DNA from: Limnothrix sp. BL-A-16
GTDB taxonomy: Bacteria > Cyanobacteriota > Cyanobacteriia > CACIAM-69d
Assembly (NCBI GenBank): GCA_041937175.2
Contig: CP166615.1
Location: forward strand, 1,664,001-1,728,000
Direction of reading: 5' to 3'
Length of the DNA stretch: 64,000 bases
In this document: positions 56,559-64,000 of the stretch, piece by piece
Numbering within the stretch: position 1 is the stretch's first letter
How the letters are laid out: every line of letters starts with the position of its first letter
Notes under the pieces: model-generated
Databases searched by the model: none
Told to the model about the DNA's origin: nothing
What the model saw: only the letters and a program-made list of their open reading frames with translations
Program-made: the position numbers and the translations under genes

Positions 56559-57443
56559 TTAGGGATTTTGGCTCGTAAAAGCTTTGCTGTAATACAGATT
56601 CACGTTGTTAATTCTCCCCGCTTTCATCTCTGATTCTGAAAGGGCAACCCACATTCTTCTAGAACCCTCTTGTTGGAGATAAAAATCGTGAACTCGACGA
56701 GCCGTGTCGTTGATGGGAAAGTAGGATAAAAAATCTTCAATATTTTCTAGATGGTAGTAGAGAACATTGGCTTCATTGGCAGGACTCAAACCGATTCCAA
56801 ACAAACTGCAAAGAGGCAAGGGCTTGAGAGCTTCAGGAGACAGTATTGTTTTTAACTGGTTGTAGATGAAAGGATGATTAAATTCATCTTTTTTTAATTC
56901 AGGATAGAGTTCGATCGCACTACGACCATCTAAATAAAAGTCAAAGCCGATCTGCAAAGTATCTGATCGCAGCATGGCTTCGGACTCTGGAGTGATGTTG
57001 CAGAGGTGCTTGGCCACAGCCATTTTTTCGGGATAGTCACCAATGCGGATAAAGAGTTTGAGTTTGGATTCGCCAAGATTTTGACGCAGATCGATGCCCG
57101 CGAGGACAGTTTGAACTTTGCTGTAGTCAAAGTTGCCTGCCAAAAAGGTGGCAAGAATGTCGAGATTGAGATTGACATCGGTTCTGGATGCAGCGCGTTT
57201 TAGGAAGTCAATAGAGGTGTGAATATTGCGGGAATGTTGTTTATCGGAAAACTGAAGATCGATGCGGGCTGGGTAAAGCTGGTCTTGTTTGATTTTGCCC
57301 GAACATTCGATTAGACAGTCCCCTGTCGTGGCAACAAACTCTTCAAATAGTGCTAGGGGATAGAGCGGTTCGATATCAAAGACTTGTTTGTGGTTGCCAA
57401 TATATCTTAATTTTTCTTCTGGTGCGATCGTTGACTTAAACAC
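56559..57443 (-). CDS. Cyanobactin ABBA-fold prenyltransferase (LynF/TruF/PatF family), LimF-like
   Basis: FDIEPLYPLALFE, IECSGKI, GIDLR...SKLKL, IGFDFYLDGRSAIELY, NLYY; similarity to LimF is from memory and needs alignment. Confidence 0.92.
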   Translation of the reverse strand: MFKSTIAPEEKLRYIGNHKQVFDIEPLYPLALFEEFVATTGDCLIECSGKIKQDQLYPARIDLQFSDKQHSRNIHTSIDFLKRAASRTDVNLNLDILATFLAGNFDYSKVQTVLAGIDLRQNLGESKLKLFIRIGDYPEKMAVAKHLCNITPESEAMLRSDTLQIGFDFYLDGRSAIELYPELKKDEFNHPFIYNQLKTILSPEALKPLPLCSLFGIGLSPANEANVLYYHLENIEDFLSYFPINDTARRVHDFYLQQEGSRRMWVALSESEMKAGRINNVNLYYSKAFTSQNP

Positions 57444-57497
57444 TTTGCTGCCCTTTCGTTTTTTGATGAGTCACTCATTCACAATTTGCACAAAGCG

Positions 57498-58283
57498 ATG
57501 CCCAGAAAACCGAGAATTTTCAAGCAGGGATACGCTTATCACATCACAACCCGCTGCAACAATCGGGAGTTTAAACTATCGCGGCGAGAATGTCGGGAGG
57601 TGTTTCTTTATGCCATTCGCAAGGCATTGGATAAGTTCGGGTTCAAGCTGTACGGGCTGTGCATTATGTCGAACCACGTTCATTACCTGCTGGAACCCAC
57701 TCAACCCGAGGATTTGCCGAAAATTATGCACTTCCTCAATTGGTACACGGCGATGTGTTTTAATCGGATGCTCGGAAGAACGGGGCATTTTTGGGAAAAG
57801 CGGTATTTCTGCGATGGGTTTCCGGCGACCGACCGAGACAGAACTTTAAATACCCTGCGTTACATTCACGGCAATCCAAAAGCGGCAAAAATGCGTTCTA
57901 CCTTCTTCTATGAATTCGGTAACTACGGCAGCTACGAACGCTTGACTGATGATGGATTAACCCAGTGGCATCCAGCTTTTCTGCGACTGGGCAGAAGTTT
58001 GGAGGAATGTGCCAAGAAATACAAGGGTTTTTGTCAGCGATATAAGCCGAAGTCTAAAGAGCCAAGGAAATATGCTTGGGGTAGCCGCCTGCTGGCTGAT
58101 GCTCGTTTATCCAGTCGGGGAGGTGGGGAAAAAAGCCAGGTTGAGGGTCGAGAAAGACTCAACCCCAACCGTCTGGCTGACCCCACCCGGTGCCAGGTAT
58201 CGGAATGCCCTGAAGTGACGAGGGTTGCCCGTCAATTCATTGAGGCGAACCAAGCGCCTTGGCACTCAGAAAAAGGGTTTTGA
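57498..58283 (+). mobile_element. HUH Y1 tyrosine transposase (TnpA-REP/RAYT-like), apparently intact ORF
   Basis: MPRKPR, YHITTRCNNRE, MSNHVHYLL (HUH), GHFWEKRY, LRYIHGNP (catalytic Tyr). Confidence 0.9.
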
Positions 58284-58316
58284 CCTGTTTTGAGGTGGAT
58301 GATAGAATGAGGCGTG

Positions 58317-58466
58317 TTACTCCGCATCGTCTCCCGCAAAAGGATTGTATTCATGACTACGTCCGTGGGGCGTGATCGCATTCCCATCACGAGAAACAGT
58401 CGCGGAAGTTTCGCGCTGCACGGGAGCCACGGTTTGCGGCATCAGCGCTTTCAGATCTTTCTTCAT
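58317..58466 (-). CDS. Cyanobactin precursor E1, core GRSHEYNP (not in ORF track)
   Basis: MKKDLKALMPQTVAPVQRETSATVSRDGNAITPH-GRSHEYNP-FAGDDAE. Confidence 0.92.
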   Translation of the reverse strand: MKKDLKALMPQTVAPVQRETSATVSRDGNAITPHGRSHEYNPFAGDDAE

Positions 58467-58820
58467 GGTCTTTGCCTCAAGTTGAGTGAGGGGCATTGTT
58501 CCTATCAGGAACTACAGAGAAGCTAGCCCTCTTTATTCAGCATCGTCAAGACTAGGGTATAAAAGATTGCATCTACAATTTCTTTATTTTTGATGCAATC
58601 AAGCTCAGTGAAAAGAGAGCAAAAATGGTCAGGCAACTGCAGTAGAGAAATAATTCAGTTGCCTGTTTTGGAGCCTTGCGATCTAACAACCTAGTGCCAG
58701 GTATCGGAATGCCCTGAAGTGACGAGGGTTGCCCGTCAATTCATTGAGGCGAACCAAGCGCCTTGGCACTCAGAAAAAGGGTTTTGACCTGTTTTGAGGT
58801 GGATGATAGAATGAGGCGTG

Positions 58821-58976
58821 TTACTCCGCATCGTCTCCCGCAAAAGGATCCCAACTCCTAAATGAACCCGAATCGTGGGGCGTGATCGCATTCCCATCAC
58901 GAGAAACAGTCGCGGAAGTTTCGCGCTGCACGGGAGCCACGGTTTGCGGCATCAGCGCTTTCAGATCTTTCTTCAT
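58821..58976 (-). CDS. Cyanobactin precursor E2, core DSGSFRSWDP
   Basis: Same leader; AITPH-DSGSFRSWDP-FAGDDAE. Confidence 0.92.
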   Translation of the reverse strand: MKKDLKALMPQTVAPVQRETSATVSRDGNAITPHDSGSFRSWDPFAGDDAE

Positions 58977-59330
58977 GGTCTTTGCCTCAAGTTGAGTGAG
59001 GGGCATTGTTCCTATCAGGAACTACAGAGAAGCTAGCCCTCTTTATTCAGCATCGTCAAGACTAGGGTATAAAAGATTGCATCTACAATTTCTTTATTTT
59101 TGATGCAATCAAGCTCAGTGAAAAGAGAGCAAAAATGGTCAGGCAACTGCAGTAGAGAAATAATTCAGTTGCCTGTTTTGGAGCCTTGCGATCTAACAAC
59201 CTAGTGCCAGGTATCGGAATGCCCTGAAGTGACGAGGATTGCCCGTCAATTCATTGAGGCGAACCAAGCGCCTTGGCACTCAGAAAAAGGGTTTTGACCT
59301 GTTTTGAGGTGGATGATAGAATGAGGCGTG

Positions 59331-59554
59331 TTACTCCGCATCGTCTCCCGCAAAAGGATTAAAAGGATTACTCATCACTTCACTTCCGTTCCGCAATTCA
59401 ACCCAACATGATCAAACCAACACAAACCACCCCCGGGGCGTGCAATCCACGCCCGGGGCGTGATCGCATTCCCATCACGAGAAACAGTCGCGGAAGTTTC
59501 GCGCTGCACGGGAGCCACGGTTTGCGGCATCAGCGCTTTCAGATCTTTCTTCAT
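59331..59554 (-). pseudogene. Cyanobactin precursor E3 with scrambled, out-of-frame core
   Basis: Leader intact to AITP; 224 nt from ATG to the follower stop (not a multiple of 3); reading frame stops at 59375; NPFAGDDAE present in another frame. Confidence 0.85.
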
Positions 59555-59908
59555 GGTCTTTGCCTCAAGTTGAGTGAGGGGCATTGTTCCTATCAGGAAC
59601 TACAGAGAAGCTAGCCCTCTTTATTCAGCATCGTCAAGACTAGGGTATTAAAGATTGCATCTACAATTTCTTTATTTTTGATGCAATCAAGCTCAGTGAA
59701 AAGAGAGCAAAAATGGTCAGGCAACTGCAGTAGAGAAATAATTCAGTTGCCTGTTTTGGAGCCTTGCGATCTAACAACCTAGTGCCAGGTATCGGAATGC
59801 CCTGAAGTGACGAGGGTTGCCCGTCAATTCATTGAGGCGAACCAAGCGCCTTGGCACTCAGAAAAAGGGTTTTGACCTGTTTTGAGGTGGATGATAGAAT
59901 GAGGCGTG

Positions 59909-60064
59909 TTACTCCGCATCGTCTCCCGCAAAAGGATTACTATGAGTAGGATGTAGTAGTCCGTGGGGCGTGATCGCATTCCCATCACGAGAAACAGTCG
60001 CGGAAGTTTCGCGCTGCACGGGAGCCACGGTTTGCGGCATCAGCGCTTTCAGATCTTTCTTCAT
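59909..60064 (-). CDS. Cyanobactin precursor E4, core GLLHPTHSNP
   Basis: Same leader; AITPH-GLLHPTHSNP-FAGDDAE. Confidence 0.92.
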   Translation of the reverse strand: MKKDLKALMPQTVAPVQRETSATVSRDGNAITPHGLLHPTHSNPFAGDDAE

Positions 60065-60429
60065 GGTCTTTGCCTCAAGTTGAGTGAGGGGCATTGTTCC
60101 TATCAGGAACTACAGAGAAGCTAGCCCTCTTTATTCAGCATCGTCAAGACTAGGGTATAAAAGATTGCATCTACAATTTCTTTATTTTTGATGCAATCAA
60201 GCTCAGTGAAAAGAGAGCAAAAATGGTCAGGCAACTGCAGTAGAGAAATAATTCAGTTGCCTGTTTTGGAGCCTTGCGATCTAACAACCTAGTGCCAGGT
60301 ATCGGAATGCCCTGAAGTGACGAGGGTTGCCCGTCAATTCATTGAGGCGAACCAAGCGCCTTGGCACTCAGAAAAAGGGTTTTGACCTGTTTTGAGGTGG
60401 ATGGTAAAGTGCCATCGTCACCAAACGGC

Positions 60430-60545
60430 GAAGTAGTGATACACCGCTATGCGGGGTCGTCCACCTGCCTTGATGTGACGGGCAACAGGGCTTCCCGGAG
60501 TTGCCATTGGTCATCAGTTAAATCACCTGGGTAGGATAGAGACAC
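60430..60545 (-). pseudogene. IS5-family transposase N-terminal remnant
   Basis: VSLSYPGDLTDDQWQLREALLP then frameshifted AGGRPR, matching the IS5 YPSDLTDxQW...GGRPR start. Confidence 0.75.
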
Positions 60546-60695
60546 GGCTAACGGGGTCTATTGAGTCGATCTGTTGATCTAGTGACAAAATCTAATGACA
60601 ACCGGCTGATATCGTTAGCTTTTTTGCGTTTCAGATATTCCCTCAGGCAAACTTTTCCAGCGATCGAGTGAGCAGTAGCATCAGCGAGGCAGCCT

Positions 60696-61439
60696 ATGTC
60701 CATAAAGTCTGCGGACTATGAGGAAATTCTGGCGACTTATAGTGGGCGGCAGGCGGCGATCGAGCTGCTGCGGGAATATCGGCCCTACTTGGAACTGTTG
60801 CCCAGTATGCGGCGGCCCCTGGACAGCACCGTGGTGATTACGTTGCCGTTGGCGCGGATCGATCCCGACGTGTTGGAAATGACCCAACTGGCCGAGGTGG
60901 CCGATGTGAGCCGATCGCGCCGTCGCCATCCGATCGAGTCCGAGCGATCGACCAACAAGCCGGGCCGACAGGCGGTGCGGTTGCCCTGCGAGATTGCCCT
61001 CCTGATGTGCGATCCCGAGTGGCAGGTAACCACGGGCGTGGCGGTGTTTGTGTTTGTGCATCGGCCCAACGAGGATTTTTATGGGCTGATGAGTCGCTGG
61101 CGACAGACGCAATTGCTGCTCGATCGGGATTATGAATGGGTGATGCCCCTGGCTTACCGCCATGTGGTGGGCGATCGGGCCGATCGGATCTATCCGCTGT
61201 TTTTGCTGTCGGAGCGATCGCCCGAACGATTGCAACGGGGCTTGAAGGGCGCAACCTTACCCTATGTGGTTTGTCCAACCCAGGCGGAACCCCCCGCCCG
61301 ATTCGATCTTCAGGCCGACCATACCCCCGCTCCCACCACCGATCTGACCCGCGAAACGCCCCATCCGGGCCCGGGGCGATCGGCCCGCGATGCCCAACCC
61401 ACCTCTGATCCAGAGCTGGAAGGCGATCTTTGGGTTTAG
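60696..61439 (+). CDS. Conserved cyanobacterial hypothetical protein
   Basis: 247 aa ORF with host-like codon usage and many HIP1 sites. Confidence 0.7.
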   Translation: MSIKSADYEEILATYSGRQAAIELLREYRPYLELLPSMRRPLDSTVVITLPLARIDPDVLEMTQLAEVADVSRSRRRHPIESERSTNKPGRQAVRLPCEIALLMCDPEWQVTTGVAVFVFVHRPNEDFYGLMSRWRQTQLLLDRDYEWVMPLAYRHVVGDRADRIYPLFLLSERSPERLQRGLKGATLPYVVCPTQAEPPARFDLQADHTPAPTTDLTRETPHPGPGRSARDAQPTSDPELEGDLWV

Positions 61440-61643
61440 TGAGGGTCACCGATCGTTTTCTTTGGGGCCAATTCGGTCTTAGGCAACGACTGAGACCCGG
61501 ATTGGGCCCGGTATCCAATCGGTTGCTTTTGTACCTTGAGTGGCATTGGGCGACACAGCGCCGTTTTCAGCGTGATCGTATAATGCCAAAGCCATCCCAC
61601 AAGGCTGGCCATCCCCTCCCCACAGCGTTTAGCTAGGTTAACG

Positions 61644-62987
61644 ATGGACTTGCTGGAGTATCAGGCAAAAGCCCTGTTTGCCGCCATGGGCATTCCGGTG
61701 CTGCCTTCCCAACCAATCGCCAGCTTGCAGGAATTGCGGGAATTGAAGATTCCCTACCCGATCGCCCTGAAATCCCAAGTGCGGGCCGGGGGGCGGGGGC
61801 GTGCTGGTGGGATTCGGTTCGCCAGCAACACGATCGACGCGGTGGCCGCCGCCCAAGCCATTTTCAGCTTGCCGATCGGGGGGGAATGTCCTGCGTTGCT
61901 GTTGGCGGAGGCCAAATACAACGTGGAGCAGGAGTTTTATCTGGCGGTGGCGCTGGATGACAACGCCCGGCGGCCGGTGCTGCTGGGATCCACCCAAGGG
62001 GGGATGGATGGCAAGCTTTCCGCCGGTACGGTGCATCAGGTGTTGGTGGATGGGGAATTTTCGCCCTTCTATGCCCGCCGTTTGGTGCTGAAGATGGGGC
62101 TGCGGGGCGACTTAGTGCCTTCCGTCAGCGAGATTGTGGAGCGGATGTATGCCCTGTTTGTCCAAAATGATTTGGATTTGGTGGAGATTAATCCCCTAGG
62201 GGTCGATCGCGCCGGGGGACTGATGGCCCTGGACGGCAAAGTCACCGTGAACGACAGTGCGATCGATCGCCACACGGAGTTGAAATGCTTGCTCAACGGC
62301 GTAGTGATGCCGCCCAGCCTCAAGCCCGTTTGGATTGAGGGCGGAACCGCGCCCACTCCGGCGGCCAATGCGGCCCATGGTGCTCAGGGGGCCGTGAACG
62401 GTCAGGGCAGCAATTCCACCAATGGCGATCGCAGCAAAAAGAACGCCAGCGCCTCGATCGGGATTGTTTGCAATGGCATGGGGCTAACCCTAGCGGCCTT
62501 GGATCTGGTTTGTCGCTTTGGGGGCAACGTGGCCGGGTTCATCAATGTGGGCTGGACCGTGGGCGGTGGCCGCCCCGAAACCCTAGAAGAGCGCCTCGAA
62601 CAGGCCTTAGCTAGCCTCAGCAGTCCGCACCCCATGCGGGTGGTGCTGCTGGATCTGTTGGGCAGTGCCATCACCCTGGATGGCGTTTTGGCAGTCATTC
62701 ACCAGTATGCCAAGCGCCATGGTTGGTGGCGACAGGAAACCCAACCGATGGAGGAACTACCACAACCCCTCACAACCACCCGCAGTGAAGGGGACTTGGC
62801 TGTGAATAGTTTGGCTAATAATTTGGCCCTGAATAAGGGACGGGGCCCCGCGATCGTGCTGCGGGTGTTGGGAGAACCCAGTGATGAAACGCGCGAGTTA
62901 ATTGAAAGCTTGCCGATTTCCCTAGCTGACAGCCTCGAAGCCGCCGCAAAACTGACGGCCGTTTTAGCCAGTGCTCCTCAGGCTTAG
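61644..62987 (+). CDS. sucC: Succinyl-CoA ligase beta subunit (cyanobacterial type)
   Basis: MDLLEYQAK, KSQVRAGGRGRAGG, EINPL, LDGKV, NGMGL. Confidence 0.88.
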   Translation: MDLLEYQAKALFAAMGIPVLPSQPIASLQELRELKIPYPIALKSQVRAGGRGRAGGIRFASNTIDAVAAAQAIFSLPIGGECPALLLAEAKYNVEQEFYLAVALDDNARRPVLLGSTQGGMDGKLSAGTVHQVLVDGEFSPFYARRLVLKMGLRGDLVPSVSEIVERMYALFVQNDLDLVEINPLGVDRAGGLMALDGKVTVNDSAIDRHTELKCLLNGVVMPPSLKPVWIEGGTAPTPAANAAHGAQGAVNGQGSNSTNGDRSKKNASASIGIVCNGMGLTLAALDLVCRFGGNVAGFINVGWTVGGGRPETLEERLEQALASLSSPHPMRVVLLDLLGSAITLDGVLAVIHQYAKRHGWWRQETQPMEELPQPLTTTRSEGDLAVNSLANNLALNKGRGPAIVLRVLGEPSDETRELIESLPISLADSLEAAAKLTAVLASAPQA

Positions 62988-63001
62988 GGAGCTGGTTGAA
63001 A

Positions 63002-63074
63002 TGGAGAATAGCGGACTCGAACCGCTGGCCTCTGCGGTGCGATCGCAGCGCTCTACCAACTGAGCTAATTCCCC
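63002..63074 (-). tRNA. tRNA-Ala(CGC)
   Basis: GGGGAATTAGCTCAGTTGGTAGAGCGCTGCGATCGCACCGCAGAGGCCAGCGGTTCGAGTCCGCTATTCTCCA. Confidence 0.96.
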
Positions 63075-63826
63075 GAGGCAATTGGCGTATCGGACATGGT
63101 AGCACCAATCGGCGGTTCGGGCCGTTCCCGACCGGAAAAAAGCCGCTGCACCCGATCGAGATCCAAGGTATTCAAAAAATCCACCACCCAATCGGCCCGG
63201 CGATGCACCATTTGGAATGGGTGACTAGTGGCCACGCCCACCACTTGCATTCCAGCAGCCTTGGCCGCCGCAATCCCCGGATAGGTGTCTTCGATCGCCA
63301 AACAATCTTGGGGTTGTAGATCCGGCCGATCGAGCTGCGATCGCAACTGGGCCACCGCTTGCAAATAACCATCGGGAGCGGGTTTGCTCTCTAGGCCCAG
63401 ATCACCCGTAATCAGCACGCTAAAGAACGATCGCAGCCCCGCTCGACTCAAAACCGTCTCCACCTCCGCCGCCAGGGCCCCGGTCACAATCCCCATGGGC
63501 AAACCCAAGGTGCGCACTCGGCTGCAAAAATCCACCACGCCCGGATAGATCGGCAGTTGGGGCAAGTGGGCCAGGCGATCGAGATACAGTTGCGACTTCC
63601 GGGCCACCAACCGATCGAGCGTGTCATCATCCACCATCCGCCCCCGCCGCGCCAGCAGATCCCGCAAACAGGCCCGATCGCTCCGGCCCAAACAGACCTC
63701 GCGGAATTCCTCCGAATCCGGCCGCAAATTTTCACTCAGCAACATCTCTTGCAGAAGTTGCCCGTGCAGCGGTTCGTCATTAATGATCGTGCCGTTAAAG
63801 TCCAGCAGAATTGCTTTGAGGGTCAT
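63065..63826 (-). CDS. HAD family phosphatase (beta-PGM/CbbY-like)
   Basis: LLDFNGTIINDE, IVTG, SKPAPDGY, IEDTYPGI. Confidence 0.88.
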   Translation of the reverse strand: MTLKAILLDFNGTIINDEPLHGQLLQEMLLSENLRPDSEEFREVCLGRSDRACLRDLLARRGRMVDDDTLDRLVARKSQLYLDRLAHLPQLPIYPGVVDFCSRVRTLGLPMGIVTGALAAEVETVLSRAGLRSFFSVLITGDLGLESKPAPDGYLQAVAQLRSQLDRPDLQPQDCLAIEDTYPGIAAAKAAGMQVVGVATSHPFQMVHRRADWVVDFLNTLDLDRVQRLFSGRERPEPPIGATMSDTPIASGN

Positions 63827-64000
63827 GGGCAATTGGGCAAACAACGGCCAACGGAGCCATTACCGATTCCCAACCTTGGAGCTGGATCCTCGGTGCGGAT
63901 TTGAGTCCTGAATCTTGGGAACGGGAATTGCGTCCTAAAAGTTTAGCGCCAAACCAGTACCCAACCGTTGAACACCAAAGACCAGGGCCCGATCGCCCGC

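Larger units (their letters stand above)
58190..60403. repeat. Tandem precursor-cassette array: five 112-bp direct repeats separating four precursor cassettes
   Basis: GTGCCAGGTATCGGAATGCC...TTTTGAGGTGGATG starts at 58190, 58694, 59204, 59782 and 60292 (periods 504, 510, 578, 510 bp). Confidence 0.96.

Noticed and set aside
58977..59006. Longer precursor start MPLTQLEAKT given in the ORF track
   Set aside because: The GAGG RBS sits just before the MKK start, which is the usual cyanobactin leader start.
59435..59465. GGGCGTGGATTG resembles part of a type I-C CRISPR repeat
   Set aside because: Single short match, better explained as an inverted copy of the adjacent leader sequence.
58190..60403. 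CRISPR array or diversity-generating retroelement interpretation of the repeat array
   Set aside because: Units are ~500 bp and protein-coding, and there is no cas or reverse transcriptase gene in the window. Core differences include length changes and are not adenine-specific.
63035..63074. HIP1 octamer within the tRNA-Ala anticodon arm and 10-nt overlap with the HAD gene end
   Set aside because: Follows from the CGC anticodon context and compact gene packing; no evidence of function.

Overview
Cyanobacterial chromosome segment. The HIP1 octamer GCGATCGC is very frequent, and the gene content and cyanobactin locus suggest a Limnothrix-like organism (inference). Most of the window is housekeeping: hom, miaE, sucD/sucC, grxC, ppc, hemL, aroQ, hisS, larB, bcp, frr/pyrH, rsgA, grpE-dnaK-dnaJ, pilB-pilT-pilC and three tRNAs. 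There are two accessory islands. (1) About 21.8-25.8 kb holds a small membrane ORF, a VapBC-type toxin-antitoxin pair, an HTH/NB-ARC/TPR gene and an NfeD-like gene, with a shared operator-like motif at both ends. (2) About 51.6-60.6 kb is a cyanobactin (RiPP) cluster with G, C, B, A and a LimF-like prenyltransferase F, and no heterocyclase or oxidase. The most notable feature is the precursor region. Four near-identical single-core precursor cassettes are separated by five copies of a 112-bp direct repeat, which is the 3' end of an adjacent intact HUH/Y1 (RAYT-like) transposase gene. The cassettes differ almost only in a short hypervariable core: GRSHEYNP, DSGSFRSWDP, one scrambled out-of-frame core, and GLLHPTHSNP. 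This is a candidate transposase-linked system for amplifying and diversifying peptide cassettes. dnaJ has a homopolymer frameshift that may be a sequencing error.
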